A stretch of 64,000 nucleotides of DNA from Nostoc sp. (GCA_036918135.1 JBALDB010000005.1:128001-192000); one strand, 5' to 3'. Positions 33,183 to 45,931 are shown, counted from the stretch's first letter. Notes: generated by a model not told the origin, from the letters alone. Translations and numbers: made by a program.

Positions 33183-34919
33183 TTGAAAACGCGTTCTAAT
33201 TACTGGTTACTGTTACCTTATATCCGACCCCAGTGGCGAACCATCACTAAGGGATTTATTGGTATTTTCGGATACGTGCTGGGGACATTAGTGTTAATCA
33301 ATCTTGCTGGCAAATTGGCAATTCCTTTCGCACAAGGTAATCTAGTAGCGATCGTCCAAATAACTGGAACCTGTGCCTTAATTTTTCTTGTGAGAGGTTT
33401 GTTTCAGGCTATACAAGATATGTACATGGCAAAAGCTGCTTTAAAAGTTGCTTTTTATCTGCGCCAACAAGTCTACACACATCTCCAAAAGTTAAATCTC
33501 AGTTATTTTGAAACAGCAAAAGCAGGTGATTTATCTTACCGTCTTACCGAAGATGTTGATCGAATTGGGGAAGTGGTAAATAAAATATTTCACGACTTTA
33601 TCCCCTGTGTTTTGCAGTTAGTCGCAATTGCGATTTACATGATTTATTTGAATTTGCAATTGACACTAGCAACGATGATAATTGCACCACTAATCGCTAT
33701 TTTAATTGGCTGGTTTGGCGAATACTTACGCAAGCATTCTTCAAAAAATCAAAATCGGGTGTCGGGTTTATCTGCCATTTTCTTGGAAGTTTTTCAGGGT
33801 ATCCGTTTGGTACAAGCTTTTGCGGCAGAAAACTACGAAATTGCCCGCTTTGGCGATGAAGCAGAACGCAATTTAAAAGCAAAATACTCAGCAGAACGCT
33901 TAAAAGCAATTAAAAGTCCGATTGTGGGATTTTTGTCAGCCTCAAGTGTCTTATCTTTACTCATAGTGGGGGCGTGGCAAATTTCCCAAGATAATTTGAC
34001 AGTAGCCAATTTTTTTAGTTATCTGGCGGCGGCGGCGCTGTTAGTTGACCCCATCAGTCACGTTACTAAAAACTACAACGAATTTAAGCAAGGTAAAGTA
34101 TCTGTTCGCAGAGTTTTTGAATTGATGGCAATTCAATCGACGGTGATTGAAAAGCCAAATGCGATCGCCCTACCTCCAGTCAAAGGCGAAGTAGAATATC
34201 GTCATGTTTCTTTTGCCTATCAACCGGGTAAACCCGTATTAAAGGATATCAGTTTGTTGGTATCACCGGGTGAAGCGATCGCTGTTGTAGGTACTTCTGG
34301 TGCTAGTAAAACCATATTCGTGAATCTCTTACCCCGTTTCTACGACCCCAAAACTGGTCAAATCTTAATTGATGGAGTTGATATTCGGGATGTCAAGCTA
34401 CATAGTCTGCGGCGACAAATTGGCATTGTTCCCCAAGAAAGCATCATGTTTTCCGGGACAATAGCCCAAAATATTGCTTTCGGGCAAGACTTTTTTGATA
34501 TGCAAGCAGTGACAGCAGCGGCGAAAATTGCTAATGCCCATAAATTTATTAGCAAATTGCCAGAAGGTTATCGTACTTGGGTGGGCGAACGTGGGCTAAA
34601 CTTATCGCTAGGACAAAGACAAAGAATTGCGATCGCTCGTGCTGTTCTCCTCAACCCGCAAATCTTGATTCTTGATGAAGCGACATCTGCATTAGATTCC
34701 GAGTCAGAAGCATTGGTACAGGAAGCCTTAGAAAGATTAATAGAAAACCGGACAGTGTTTATTATTGCCCATCGTTTATCAACAGTTAGAAGGTGCGATC
34801 GCATTTTAGTTCTGGAAAAAGGACAAATTGTCGAATTAGGAACCCATGAAGAATTATTAACCTTAGAAGGTCGCTATGCCCAATTTTATGTTCGGCAATT
34901 TGTAACAGAGAGGCAATAA
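33183..34919 (+). CDS. MsbA-like ABC transporter (TMD+NBD) with degenerate Walker A and signature motifs
   Basis: N-terminal TM domain; GTSGASKT, LSLGQRQR, ILDEATSALD, IAHRL. Confidence 0.88.
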   Translation: MKTRSNYWLLLPYIRPQWRTITKGFIGIFGYVLGTLVLINLAGKLAIPFAQGNLVAIVQITGTCALIFLVRGLFQAIQDMYMAKAALKVAFYLRQQVYTHLQKLNLSYFETAKAGDLSYRLTEDVDRIGEVVNKIFHDFIPCVLQLVAIAIYMIYLNLQLTLATMIIAPLIAILIGWFGEYLRKHSSKNQNRVSGLSAIFLEVFQGIRLVQAFAAENYEIARFGDEAERNLKAKYSAERLKAIKSPIVGFLSASSVLSLLIVGAWQISQDNLTVANFFSYLAAAALLVDPISHVTKNYNEFKQGKVSVRRVFELMAIQSTVIEKPNAIALPPVKGEVEYRHVSFAYQPGKPVLKDISLLVSPGEAIAVVGTSGASKTIFVNLLPRFYDPKTGQILIDGVDIRDVKLHSLRRQIGIVPQESIMFSGTIAQNIAFGQDFFDMQAVTAAAKIANAHKFISKLPEGYRTWVGERGLNLSLGQRQRIAIARAVLLNPQILILDEATSALDSESEALVQEALERLIENRTVFIIAHRLSTVRRCDRILVLEKGQIVELGTHEELLTLEGRYAQFYVRQFVTERQ

Positions 34920-35034
34920 GGGACTTCCAAGAAATAAAATCAAAAGCGAAAAATTTTAGTCTTTGACATATGGGAATCCGGTTTGATTCCTGAATTTACT
35001 TGTGTGTTTGAAAAAAGAATACGACAGATGTATG

Positions 35035-35062
35035 GTAGGGGCGAAAAGCTTTGCGCCCCTAC
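35035..35062. repeat. GTAG-type REP palindrome
   Basis: GTAGGGGCG-AAAAGCTTTG-CGCCCCTAC. Confidence 0.65.
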
Positions 35063-35203
35063 AGATTTTTGATGTGTTGCAGAGAATTTTTGAGATGATA
35101 TTTAGATACGTAATTTATATAACATTTTTTATCAGTATGCTATAAATATATCGTAAGTCGGTTTAATCAACTAAGTTTGTGGTTTTTTTAGTACGTAATA
35201 TCT

Positions 35204-36442
35204 ATGAAAAATAACTTCACACAATATTTCTTTCTCGGCATACTATTGGCAAGTTTTATCTATTTTTTATTAACAAAAAATATTGATTTGTTTTTAAGCT
35301 TTTTGTGGATTTTAATTTATATTTTTATCTTTTATGGATTTATTTTTATTGATATTATTATTCATGAATTTGGTCATGCGATCGCAGGTTGGATTGTCAA
35401 AATTCCCATTAAAAGAATTACTATCGGCTTCGGACAGAATATTTTGAAATATAAATTCAATGAAACAACTTTACTAATTAACCAAGGACTACAAGGTGGT
35501 TTAACTAATCCTGGAACATTTTCTCCTAATTTCTTACGACTACGCTATTTTTTCTTTACCTTAGGGGGAGTCGCATTGCAGGTGATAGTGATGGCATTGG
35601 TAGTAATTATTATTTCAGCGATAAAAAGTATTTATCCGCTAGCTTTCAACAATGCTTCTCTATTTTTGACAATAGTTAATATTTTCTTATTTTCTAATTT
35701 TATTTTGATTTTTTTTAACCTGTTGCCTTTTAAGGTAAATGTGATGGGAGTTCCCATGCCTAACGATGGCTTACAGCTTCTAACCATATTTTTCATGAAT
35801 CAACAGAAAATACAAGAAATTTTATTGTCAGGCAAGATGATAGAAGGAATGGAATATTTAGAAAAAAAGGAGTTTCAAAAAGCAGAATTAATTTTCCGTG
35901 AATGTATTGCTAATCATTTGACATCTTTAATCCCTAAAATAAATCTTTCTGTGGCGCTAATTCATCAACAAAAAATTGATGAGGCAATCACATTACTATC
36001 CAAACTTTTTACAGAATCAAACAAAAATCCAATGCAATTATTTATTTTTAATAACTTAGCTTGGAGTTATTTAATTAAAGGATTGAATCAGCGAGAGTTT
36101 CTTGATTTAGCTGATGATTACTCTGCAAAAGCGATTAAGATTAGCAATCAACATCTTTATATTGTTGGTACAAGAGCTTGTGTATTAATTGAAATTGGAA
36201 AAATTGATGAAGGAATTAACCTTTTAAAAAACCGAATTAGTCTTAATAAAGCCATTAACGAAGCTACAAACCCGGCAATTGGCTTTCTATATTTAGCCTA
36301 TGCTTATTATCTTAAAGATAATCGAAAAGAATATCAAAAATATTGGCAAAAAATCAACAATAATGAAGATTTAAAATCTAGTGAATATAAGCTGTTATTC
36401 GACTATGTTTTAGACAAAACGAATTTCTTTACAACACGATAA
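35204..36442 (+). CDS. M50 (site-2 protease) family metalloprotease with C-terminal TPR-like region
   Basis: HEFGH and FNLLP...NDG motifs, NNLAWSY TPR-like helices; very AT-rich. Confidence 0.8.
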   Translation: MKNNFTQYFFLGILLASFIYFLLTKNIDLFLSFLWILIYIFIFYGFIFIDIIIHEFGHAIAGWIVKIPIKRITIGFGQNILKYKFNETTLLINQGLQGGLTNPGTFSPNFLRLRYFFFTLGGVALQVIVMALVVIIISAIKSIYPLAFNNASLFLTIVNIFLFSNFILIFFNLLPFKVNVMGVPMPNDGLQLLTIFFMNQQKIQEILLSGKMIEGMEYLEKKEFQKAELIFRECIANHLTSLIPKINLSVALIHQQKIDEAITLLSKLFTESNKNPMQLFIFNNLAWSYLIKGLNQREFLDLADDYSAKAIKISNQHLYIVGTRACVLIEIGKIDEGINLLKNRISLNKAINEATNPAIGFLYLAYAYYLKDNRKEYQKYWQKINNNEDLKSSEYKLLFDYVLDKTNFFTTR

Positions 36443-36649
36443 TTTCTTTTTCTCTCCTATCCTTTGTGTTGAAAAAATCTAATATTACGTGAGGTTTGTC
36501 AAACTCACCTTAATATTTGGCCCATTTTCATCAAGAAACGGTATAACAATTAAGTTAGCGCAGCAGAGCATACTCTACGAACAAGCAAGCTACGCGATAG
36601 CGTCTCGTAGAGAAGCTGATTGTGAATTATCTATTACTAATTATTTTAA

Positions 36650-38107
36650 CTATTGCCGAGATTGAATTTGCTGTAGTAAATCATAAAAAGGTTGCCAATT
36701 ATCTTCTTGAACGATTGGTTCCCAAATTGATTCAATTACAGGTCTTAATAATGCTGTTTTCGGATTATGAAAAGCTAGAGTTTGGGCGATTGTATCTAGG
36801 CGATCGCTATCTAAATCATTCAATATTTTATGGTACAATATACACCAATCATCAAAAATTACTGATGCCCCCGGTACTGGTACAATATCAGAAGTATTCA
36901 TCACAAAACCTGGCTCATCTCGCCATTTAGTTGAAAAGGTGCGAGCCATCTCATAAAAAAATTCATGATAACCAACTTTGCTATTGCTCAAAAATTCAAT
37001 TGTTAAATTTAAGAGTTCGTTAGTCTGTGGATGTATCAACTCTCCAAAACCTAACTTTTTCAACATTAAAGAACTGTATTCTGCTTGATAATATTCATAA
37101 AACTTTGTTAATCCAAACTTCAAATCATCTTCAGCAATAATCGCCTTCAAAGGTTCCTGAAGCATTTCTAAATTTAATTGGCAAACGCTTGGTTGATGAA
37201 TGTAACAATAGCGTCCAAAATAATCAAAGTATGCAGCTATAAAGGATGGGTTATAATTAGGAATAAACGCATAAGGCCCATAATCAAAACTCTCTCCTGT
37301 AATCGACATATTATCAGTATTGAGAACTGCATGACAAAAACCAGCAGCCATCCACTGGGCTGCTAATTCTGCAACCCGTTTCACTAATTGGGCGTAAAAC
37401 AAAGCATATTTATTTTGTTCGGCGTCCAAATCTTGATAATATTCCTTGATTACGTGGTCTAACAACTTCTGAGTTAAATCTGGACGCTTTAAATAGTGTA
37501 AACGCTCAAAAGTACCGAAACGAATATGAGAATTGCTCATCCTGACCATTACACATGAACGGGTAGGTGAAGGTTCATCCCCCCGCCACAACGATAAGCC
37601 GTTTTCAATCATAGTCAGACAGCGCGAGGTACGTACACCAAGATAATGTAGTGCTTCCGCAGCCAGAACTTCCCGCACTCCACCTTTAAGCGTCAGCAAA
37701 CCGTCGCCACCACGGGAATAGGGCGTTCTGCCAGAACCTTTAGTGCCAAAATCGTATAATTTGCCATCAGTACCCCGTACCTGCCCGTAAAGAAAGCCTC
37801 TGCCATCGCCCAATTGTCGATTATATTCGCCAAATTGATAGCCGTGGTAACGCATTGCCAAAAAGGGTTTGCGCCCCTCAAATTTGCCGAAAGCTGTGAT
37901 GAAATCTTCATCTAGGACTACTTGGGGGTCAAGCCCTAAGCGCGGTAATAGCGCATCATTACGCCAACGCAATATGTGTTGAGGAAATTCCCCTGCTGCA
38001 ACCTCATCATAGTAGTCATCGCCCAGAGATTCCAAGGCGCTTTCGTAGTTGAGGGAGAGAAAAGGATTGCTAGAATTTTGGGAGTTTGGAGTTTGGGCCA
38101 GAGTCAT
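36650..38107 (-). CDS. selO: Protein adenylyltransferase SelO / YdiU family
   Basis: YHGYQFG...[38 protein letters not shown]. Confidence 0.92.
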   Translation of the reverse strand: MTLAQTPNSQNSSNPFLSLNYESALESLGDDYYDEVAAGEFPQHILRWRNDALLPRLGLDPQVVLDEDFITAFGKFEGRKPFLAMRYHGYQFGEYNRQLGDGRGFLYGQVRGTDGKLYDFGTKGSGRTPYSRGGDGLLTLKGGVREVLAAEALHYLGVRTSRCLTMIENGLSLWRGDEPSPTRSCVMVRMSNSHIRFGTFERLHYLKRPDLTQKLLDHVIKEYYQDLDAEQNKYALFYAQLVKRVAELAAQWMAAGFCHAVLNTDNMSITGESFDYGPYAFIPNYNPSFIAAYFDYFGRYCYIHQPSVCQLNLEMLQEPLKAIIAEDDLKFGLTKFYEYYQAEYSSLMLKKLGFGELIHPQTNELLNLTIEFLSNSKVGYHEFFYEMARTFSTKWRDEPGFVMNTSDIVPVPGASVIFDDWCILYHKILNDLDSDRLDTIAQTLAFHNPKTALLRPVIESIWEPIVQEDNWQPFYDLLQQIQSRQ

Positions 38108-38193
38108 TACAAGCAAAACTTAATTCATTCTTTCCCTTAATACTACCTCTGGCTTGAACATCAGCATCGACATCTTCTCAATTACGAATTATT

Positions 38194-38769
38194 TTAAGAT
38201 TTAGGTACTTGCCAATTAGGATTTGTGAGACTTGTTAAAATATGATCTTCCCATTCTCCATTGATTAATAAATAATCTCTAGCATATCCTTCAATGACGA
38301 AACCGAGTCTTTTTAGCACATTGCCACTACGACGATTATGAGGCATATAATTAGCCATAACCCGGTGAAAATTTAATTGTTCAAAGAGATATTGAATTGC
38401 TACTCGTAATCCTTCTGTCATATAGCCTTTGCCTTGCTTTTTTTCAGCAAGGCTATATCCTACATAGCAAAAATGAGCAGCTCCTCGAACAAAATTACTA
38501 AAGTTGATAGTTCCAATAATTACAGTGGGATTTTTTTTAGTAAAAATAAATAGCTTTAAAGACTGACCATTGATAAATTCCAGAAAATTATTCTCTATTT
38601 GATACTGCCAATATTCTTGAGTGAAAAAACCATCACCCCAAAGAGGGTAGAATGGAGTAAGATAAGTTTTATTATCAGTAAAGTATTTGAGAATTTGCGG
38701 TATATCCTCTAAAATTGCCGCTCGCAATAATAGGCGATCGCTTCTAATTAATGGTAGTTCTAATTTCAT
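38194..38769 (-). CDS. RimJ/RimL family GNAT N-acetyltransferase
   Basis: VGYSL..QGKGYMTE, ANYMPHNRRSGNVLKRLGF.EG.A..YL.ING.WEDH. Confidence 0.9.
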   Translation of the reverse strand: MKLELPLIRSDRLLLRAAILEDIPQILKYFTDNKTYLTPFYPLWGDGFFTQEYWQYQIENNFLEFINGQSLKLFIFTKKNPTVIIGTINFSNFVRGAAHFCYVGYSLAEKKQGKGYMTEGLRVAIQYLFEQLNFHRVMANYMPHNRRSGNVLKRLGFVIEGYARDYLLINGEWEDHILTSLTNPNWQVPKS

Positions 38770-38900
38770 TGGTCATTAGTCATTGGTCATTGGTCACTTG
38801 TTCTGAGCGTACTCCTACGGAGAAGCAAGCTACGCGTAGCATCTTTGTTAGGAGAAGCTGTTGGCGCAGCCTCTCGTAGAGAAGCATTGGTCATTAGTTA
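38767..38900. repeat. STRR-type heptamer repeats (CATTGGT) with embedded dispersed repeat
   Basis: CATTGGTCATTAGTCATTGGTCATTGGTCA, then AGCAAGCTACGCGTAGC, which is related to 36570-36615. Confidence 0.65.
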
Positions 38901-39133
38901 TTTCTCTCCCCATTTTCCCATCTCCCTATCTCCCTACTCCTAGTGAGTATTTTTGCTCTGAATCTGCCAATCAACCAAAATCTTGATAAGCTGATGTCTA
39001 AATATCTAGAGCCGAAGGATTGAGAGCTAATGGGTAATTAAGAACTTCGATAAAATTCATTTACCCAAAGGCTGTACCAGAGGAAACTCAACCAAAACAC
39101 AGCTCTTGATAAACCTAGTCTACAAGAAGGATA

Positions 39134-40144
39134 GTGATGTCGGGAATACGCTACGATTGGCAGGAATTAGAGATTGGGGCGATATACAACACGCCTTTGC
39201 TAGAGCTTATTTATCAAGCTGCTAGCGTGCATCGCCAATATCATGACCCAACAAAAATCCAAGTTTGTAAGCTGATATCAATTAAAACTGGAGGTTGTCC
39301 AGAAGATTGTAGCTACTGTGCCCAATCTTCCCGCTATCAAACAGAAGTAAAGCCGCAAGCACTCTTAGAAAAGGAAACGGTAGTTAGCATTGCTCAAAAA
39401 GCTAAAGAAACCGGTGTTAGTCGCATCTGTATGGGTGCTGCTTGGCGTCAGGTGCGGGACAGCTCACAATTTGAGGAAGTCCTGGAAATGGTCAAGGATG
39501 TGACAGCAATGGGTTTGGAAGTATGCTGCACTCTGGGGATGTTGACACCAAATCAAGCCAAGCGATTAGAAGCAGCCGGACTTTACGCTTATAACCATAA
39601 CTTGGATACATCTCAAGAATATTACAGCACAATTATTACCACAAGGACATATAGCGATCGCTTAAACACAATTGAGAATGTCCGTCAAACAAATGTTACT
39701 GTCTGTTCCGGCGGTATCCTTGGTTTGGGCGAAACCGCCGATGACCGGATTGCCATGTTGCAAACTCTGGCCAACTTGCATCCGCATCCAGAGTCCGTAC
39801 CAATTAATATTCTCTCCCAAGTACCAGGCACACCCTTAGAAAATCAGCCTGATGTCCCCATTTGGGATGTTGTGCGGATGATTGCCACAGCCAGAATTTT
39901 AATGCCAGCTTCCGATGTGCGCTTGAGTGCTGGTAGGGCTAGACTTTCTCAAGTCGAACAAGCTTTGTGCTTTATGGCAGGAGCCAATTCTATCTTTTCT
40001 AGCGACGACAACAAAATGTTGACGGTGACAACTCCGTGTCCAGATTATGATGCTGACAAAGAAATGCTGAATTTACTCGGTTTAGGAATGCGTCCGCCTT
40101 CCCAAAGACAGGAGAAATTAGCAACTCCAGCAGTTGTGGGATAA
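39134..40144 (+). CDS. bioB: Biotin synthase (radical SAM)
   Basis: [43 protein letters not shown]. Confidence 0.96.
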   Translation: MMSGIRYDWQELEIGAIYNTPLLELIYQAASVHRQYHDPTKIQVCKLISIKTGGCPEDCSYCAQSSRYQTEVKPQALLEKETVVSIAQKAKETGVSRICMGAAWRQVRDSSQFEEVLEMVKDVTAMGLEVCCTLGMLTPNQAKRLEAAGLYAYNHNLDTSQEYYSTIITTRTYSDRLNTIENVRQTNVTVCSGGILGLGETADDRIAMLQTLANLHPHPESVPINILSQVPGTPLENQPDVPIWDVVRMIATARILMPASDVRLSAGRARLSQVEQALCFMAGANSIFSSDDNKMLTVTTPCPDYDADKEMLNLLGLGMRPPSQRQEKLATPAVVG

Positions 40145-40598
40145 ATATTTTCCAGGATGGGCGTCTCGCCCGTCCTTAGTCAAACAAGGGCAGGCTTTGA
40201 GACCCGCCCCACAAGAATCTTGGTTAAATTATCTTGGCAGTCCGCAGACCGAAGAACAGACCAAGGGCTATACCAAAGAATAAACCTAAGAAGACAATGT
40301 AAGCTACGATTGCAAACATTTATTTTTCTCCACAATACTTCCTAAATCTATTGAATCATTAGATGTTGGATATTGGGCATTGAGAGTGCTAACTGTTGAC
40401 TGTTGGGGATTGGGCATGAGGTAAGCGGAGAATGTGGGAGGAAAAGGAGGTGTGGGAGGATGGGAAAGAAATCTTGCCCCCCTCTCTCCCCACACTCCCC
40501 ACACTTCCCTATCTCCTCATCTCCCCACACTCCCCCCTCCCCCCTCTTTCCAGATTGCGATAGAATACAGCCCACAGGCGCTTGTTTGGGGTTGGGCA

Positions 40599-41690
40599 AT
40601 GACTTCTGTAATTAATGTAAATTTACCAGAGCAGTCTTATGAGATTGCAATTGCACCTTCAAGTTTAGATCGATTGGGTCAACACATGGCCAGTCTAAAG
40701 CTAGGCAAAAAGGTACTGCTGGTTTCTAATCCAACAATTTTTAAGCATTTTGGGAAAAGAGCCATTGCCTCGCTGACATCTGCTGGATTTGAAGTTGCTA
40801 GCTGCACCCTACCACCTGGGGAACGCTACAAAACCCTCAACTCCATCCAAAAACTCTACGATGTTGCTTTGGAAAACCGCCTAGAACGTTCTTCTACTAT
40901 GGTGGCTTTGGGGGGAGGTGTGATTGGTGATATGACGGGTTTTGCTGCCGCAACTTGGCTGCGGGGCATTAATGTTGTGCAAGTGCCTACCTCTGTGTTG
41001 GCAATGGTAGATTCGGCAATTGGTGGCAAAACTGGCGTTAATCATCCCCAGGGTAAAAACTTAATTGGGGCATTCCATCAACCACGCTTGGTTTCGATCG
41101 ACCCAGAAGTGTTGAAAACTCTTCCGATGCGCGAGTTTCGCGCGGGGATGGCAGAAGTTATAAAGTACGGTGTGATTTGGGATGCCGAATTGTTTGCCCA
41201 GTTGGAAGCAAGTAAACGCCTCGACCAACTCCGCTATGTCAAACCTGAACTGATAAACAGCATAATAACGCGCTCTTGTCAAGCTAAAGCTGATGTTGTT
41301 GGCAAAGATGAAAAAGAAGGTGGGTTACGGGCGATTCTCAACTATGGACATACCATCGGTCATGCAGTAGAGAGTTTGACTGGTTATCGAAGCGTGAATC
41401 ACGGTGAAGCAGTGGCAATTGGCATGGTAGCAGCCGGACAAATTGCTGTGGAACTAGGAATGTGGCAAAAGGAAGACACCGAACGTCAAAATGCTTTAAT
41501 TCAAAAAGCAGGTTTACCGACTCAGTTACCAGCTGGGGTGGATATTGAAGCAATTATTCAAGCCTTGCAGTTAGATAAAAAAGTCAAATCCGGCAAAGTA
41601 CGGTTTATTTTGCCAACACAAATTGGTGTAGTCACAATTACCGATGAAGTGCCTTCGGATATTATTCGCCAAGTATTGCGGGGGATTTAA
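40599..41690 (+). CDS. aroB: 3-dehydroquinate synthase
   Basis: [40 protein letters not shown]. Start at MTSVINV; the upstream ORF extension is repeat DNA. Confidence 0.96.
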   Translation: MTSVINVNLPEQSYEIAIAPSSLDRLGQHMASLKLGKKVLLVSNPTIFKHFGKRAIASLTSAGFEVASCTLPPGERYKTLNSIQKLYDVALENRLERSSTMVALGGGVIGDMTGFAAATWLRGINVVQVPTSVLAMVDSAIGGKTGVNHPQGKNLIGAFHQPRLVSIDPEVLKTLPMREFRAGMAEVIKYGVIWDAELFAQLEASKRLDQLRYVKPELINSIITRSCQAKADVVGKDEKEGGLRAILNYGHTIGHAVESLTGYRSVNHGEAVAIGMVAAGQIAVELGMWQKEDTERQNALIQKAGLPTQLPAGVDIEAIIQALQLDKKVKSGKVRFILPTQIGVVTITDEVPSDIIRQVLRGI

Positions 41691-42043
41691 CCAAAGAAGA
41701 GATGTTTACTTTAATGGTTTGGAATAATTTTAATACAACTTACATCCGTAACCAATTTGTCTAAAATTAGAGAGATAGAGAATACAATTGGGCAAATCTT
41801 CCTCAAGGCTGGTCTAGCCAAATTAACCTGAATTCTCTAATTGTTCAGTTCAAAAAGCAATGCTTCTAAGTATTAGGATTTAATTTATATCGAAAGGTAG
41901 AGCCATCTGATTTGAAAAATTGAGACAACTATAGCGACGAGTAACTCTATTCGTACATTGGTAGAATTTTGGCATAGCAGCAATTTAACCCTCAAATTTA
42001 AATTAAGTCACAATAATAATAGGTAATTATAGAGGGCGCTACT

Positions 42044-42346
42044 ATGTCTCGTCTAACCCAAATTATTCAGAACTTATTTCTTCGTTTGGAAGGCTTTTTT
42101 TCTGTTGTTTTTAAACCGTTGTTAAATTTTGTCAAAAGTTTCTTTGGCTTTTTTAGCAGCGTCTTCGGATTTACTAACTCTAATTATTTCTTGGAATCCG
42201 ATCGCGTACAAGATATAAATCAAGAGCCAATTCAAACGGCTCAAAATACGACTTTTGAAACACCCGCCACTACCCGCCGTCGTTCCAATACCAAAAAAGT
42301 TGAGGATTACTACATTAAGATGGCGCGTGATGTCAAAAACAACTAA
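42044..42346 (+). CDS. Small conserved-looking hypothetical protein
   Basis: 100-aa ORF with RBS-like GAGGG and an amphipathic N-terminus. Confidence 0.65.
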   Translation: MSRLTQIIQNLFLRLEGFFSVVFKPLLNFVKSFFGFFSSVFGFTNSNYFLESDRVQDINQEPIQTAQNTTFETPATTRRRSNTKKVEDYYIKMARDVKNN

Positions 42347-43041
42347 TTGGCTGTATGGGCGTAAAATTGTACGCCTATACGCATCTATCTTTATCGCAGT
42401 TTTCCAATGTGTACCAAAACCTTTGTGAGCGTGCGCTGTAGCGAAGGTAGATCCTTTCGTGGATGGGAGACATATCATTCACAGAGTCGTCTGTGTCCTC
42501 GACTTCAAGGGCAAAGGATAAACCCGACCATTTACTATAGTAGATTCTGCGTTCATCTGGATTGTAATGCAAGAAGGCAGGATTCTACATGTCATAAAAA
42601 CGGTTTTCGATGATAAGCTGTTCCACATTTAACTTGCACCTGGTTGGATTGTTGCTTAATTGCTCAATTCCTCTCCCCATCTCCTCGTCAGCCAAAACAC
42701 ATGCTAACTGGATGTTTTACAGTTTATCCGCGATGTCTGCAATCTTGGTAGTACGCGTTAAGTCAAAGCCAGAGGCGGGATCGTCGTACTCTATTTTATA
42801 TAGCCCTGATGGCACAGCGATCGCCTAGTAGCAGAATCGCAACTCGACTGATTTACTCTTGTATCCTTTTTCTTAGAGGCTAGATTTTTCCTACACCCTT
42901 ACACTCCACCCCAAAGGGTCTTGGTCATTAGTCACCATTTTCAACTAATTAATGAGATTTGATTGCATTAAGCAAAATTTTAGTGTAAGCTCTTTTTTAA
43001 CTTGTTGAATAAAATTCTCAACAATTTTCGATAGGTGTAAA

Positions 43042-44100
43042 ATGACAATTTCTAGAAGTCCGTTGTCGGTAGAGCAAGACCTTACCGACTCACCTTGGTG
43101 GGCTGGTAACGCTAGACTTACCAGCTTATCAGGGAAATTACTAGGCGCTCATGTCGCTCATTCTGGTCTGATAGTTTTCTGGGCGGGGGCTATGACTTTA
43201 TTTGAGCTGGGGCATTTTAATCCAGCAAAACCGATGTACGAACAAGGCTTAATTTTGCTACCTCACCTAGCTACTCAAGGTTGGGGCGTTGGCGCAAATG
43301 GTGCAGTTATAAGTACTTATCCTTATTTCGTAATTGGAGCTTTACATTTAATCTCCTCAGCCTTTTTGGGTTTTGGAGGAATCTTTCATTCCCTACGTGG
43401 TCCAGAAAAATTAGAAGGCAAAGTTCCTTTCTTTGGCTACGACTGGTCAGATACAGGTAAAATGACCACAATCCTTGGTATACATCTGGTTTTACTGGGT
43501 TGTGGTGCATTTTTGTTAGTCGCCAAAGCAATGTACTTTGGTGGTTTGTACGACCCAAATGTTGAAGATGTGCGGGTAATTACAAATCCAACATTAAACC
43601 CAGCGGTGATTTTTGGTTATTTATTTGGCGCAATTAGAAAATTTTGGATTGCTGGCGTTGATAACCTCGAAGATGTAGTTGGCGGTCACATTTGGGTTGG
43701 TGCGCTGTTGATTATTGGTGGATTTTTCCACATCGCAACTAAGCCCTTCAGTTGGACGCATCCAATATTTGTTTGGTCTGGAGAAGCTTACCTTTCTTAC
43801 AGTCTTGGTGCTTTAGCATTGATGGGCTTTATTGCAACTCTCTTTGTATCGGTAAACACGACTGTTTATCCGGAAGTTTTTTATGGCCCAGCGCTCGTGG
43901 TTAGGCAGAACATCGTGCCGTACTTTTCATCACCTGACGCTGACCTTGTGACTGCCCGCACTTGGTTAGCTAATGCTCACTTTTGGTTAGCTTTCTTCTT
44001 TCTCCAAGGTCATATCTGGCACGCTTTGCGGGCGCGTGGGTTTGATTTTCGCAAAGGTAGAGTGAGTCAGGAAGCGGTAATTCCACAACCAATTAGCTAA
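43042..44100 (+). CDS. CP43-like chlorophyll-binding antenna protein (IsiA/Pcb family)
   Basis: [55 protein letters not shown]; lacks the large CP43 lumenal loop. Confidence 0.92.
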   Translation: MTISRSPLSVEQDLTDSPWWAGNARLTSLSGKLLGAHVAHSGLIVFWAGAMTLFELGHFNPAKPMYEQGLILLPHLATQGWGVGANGAVISTYPYFVIGALHLISSAFLGFGGIFHSLRGPEKLEGKVPFFGYDWSDTGKMTTILGIHLVLLGCGAFLLVAKAMYFGGLYDPNVEDVRVITNPTLNPAVIFGYLFGAIRKFWIAGVDNLEDVVGGHIWVGALLIIGGFFHIATKPFSWTHPIFVWSGEAYLSYSLGALALMGFIATLFVSVNTTVYPEVFYGPALVVRQNIVPYFSSPDADLVTARTWLANAHFWLAFFFLQGHIWHALRARGFDFRKGRVSQEAVIPQPIS

Positions 44101-44181
44101 TTTAATTTAATGCAAACTATTTGCAATTATTTCTCGTAGCATCTCAAAAATATTGCAATAAATTCTCAAGGAGTAATAGAG

Positions 44182-45705
44182 ATGACAGCAGTAATTGAAG
44201 ATAGCCCGTACAAGCAACAAATACCTGATGTTGGCTGGTGGGCTGGTAACTTTCGTTTGACTAATCTATCAGGCAAATTATTAGGCGCTCATATTGCCCA
44301 TTCTGCATTAATTTTGTTATGGGCTGGAGGGATGACGCTGTTTGAGTTGTCGCGCTTCGATCCGAATCTGCCAATGTATGAGCAAGGATTAATCATATTG
44401 CCTCATTTAGCAACTTTGGGTCTTGGTGTCGGTGCTGGTGGGCAAGTTATTAGCACCTATCCCTACTTTGTAATCAGCGTCTTGCATCTGATACCCTCAG
44501 TAATTTTGGCAGCTGGTGGTATTTACCACTCTCTGCTGGGGCCAGAGGTGTTACAAGACAATCCTACTTGGGCTGGCTTTTTTGGCTATGACTGGAAAGA
44601 CAAAGACAAGATGACGACAATCCTGGGCATTCACTTAGTACTGCTAGGCTTGGGTGCTTGGGCTTTAGTTGCAAAGGGGATATTTTGGGGTGGACTGTTT
44701 GACCCTTGGGCTGCTGGCGGTGGAGATGTCAGGATAATCAATCATCCAACGCTCAACCCATTCCGGATTTTTGGCTATTTGTTTGGGGTTTGGGGATCAG
44801 AGGGAATGGCAGCTGTTGATAACTTGGAAGATGTTGTCGGCGGTCACATCTGGGTTGGTTTGATGCTAATTGGCGGTGGTATTTTTCACATCTTGACTAA
44901 GCCATTTGCCTGGGCGCGAAAAATTTTAATTTACTCTGGGGAAGCGTATCTGTCTTACAGTATCGGTGCTGTTGCATATATGGGCTTTTTGGCAGCTTAC
45001 TTCGCGTCAGTCAATAACACCGTCTATCCCGAAGTTTTCTATGGCCCAGTTAGAGTTATAGAAACTTCTACTGGTATAGTTTCTGCGCGTGGTTGGTTGG
45101 TAACTTTTCATTTTGTTCTAGCGTTGATATTTCTATTGGGTCACATCTGGCACGCGCTACGCGCCCGTGCGATTGCAGCCGGATTTGATTTTAAAAATGG
45201 CGACATGGTTCAGCCACCACGAGTGAATCCTCCAACAAATAATCAAGCAATTTCACTCGATTCTTCTGATTTGACATTGAAGTTTCTCAAATATTTGCCA
45301 ATTTATCGTCCTGGCATATCTCCTCTAGCGCGGGGATTAGAAATTGGCATGGCTCATGGTTATTGGCTAGTTGGCCCCTTTGCAACATTAGGGTCATTAG
45401 GTTTGTTAGGCAATTCTAATACGGGTAACTTGTTTGGTTTACTAGCCGCAGGCAGTTTGATTCTCGTGCTGACAATTGCTTTTTCAATTTATGGCACTAC
45501 CAGCTTTGAAAGACAGCAAGAAATCTATCCTCGTTCGGTAGCAGTTGCAACAGTTCCTCGTGTACCACAGACTGTCAATTCTACTGAAAAATGGGGTCAG
45601 TTTACTGATGGCTTTCTGATTGGTGGGATTGGGGGAGCAATTTTTGCTTATCTGTTGTTAAATAGCGTTACTATATTTGCCGCGAGCGCTATTAACTCGA
45701 TTTAG
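44182..45705 (+). CDS. IsiA/Pcb family protein with C-terminal PsaL-like domain
   Basis: IsiA motifs plus [29 protein letters not shown]...[10 protein letters not shown] (PsaL). Confidence 0.92.
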   Translation: MTAVIEDSPYKQQIPDVGWWAGNFRLTNLSGKLLGAHIAHSALILLWAGGMTLFELSRFDPNLPMYEQGLIILPHLATLGLGVGAGGQVISTYPYFVISVLHLIPSVILAAGGIYHSLLGPEVLQDNPTWAGFFGYDWKDKDKMTTILGIHLVLLGLGAWALVAKGIFWGGLFDPWAAGGGDVRIINHPTLNPFRIFGYLFGVWGSEGMAAVDNLEDVVGGHIWVGLMLIGGGIFHILTKPFAWARKILIYSGEAYLSYSIGAVAYMGFLAAYFASVNNTVYPEVFYGPVRVIETSTGIVSARGWLVTFHFVLALIFLLGHIWHALRARAIAAGFDFKNGDMVQPPRVNPPTNNQAISLDSSDLTLKFLKYLPIYRPGISPLARGLEIGMAHGYWLVGPFATLGSLGLLGNSNTGNLFGLLAAGSLILVLTIAFSIYGTTSFERQQEIYPRSVAVATVPRVPQTVNSTEKWGQFTDGFLIGGIGGAIFAYLLLNSVTIFAASAINSI

Positions 45706-45931
45706 TCAGCTAACCTTCAAGATTCAGTTATCTGTGTGTCTTTGTGGTTAATCAATTTTTGTTACCACAAAGGCACAACAGATTCTCAACTTTTGGCAAT
45801 CTGTGCCTCAGTTGGATAATGATGTACGGATTGTCCAAAATTTTTGAAAGTGCTTATTTTTTGATGCTTTCCGGAAATCAGGAGGTAATGTCAGAAAAAC
45901 TAAATAAAAGAACTCACTGAGTAACCAGGTC

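Noticed and set aside
40434..40598. N-terminal extension of AroB and overlapping small ORFs (40304-40615, 58146-58428)
   Set aside because: Translations of G/C-run tandem repeats; the real aroB start is 40599.
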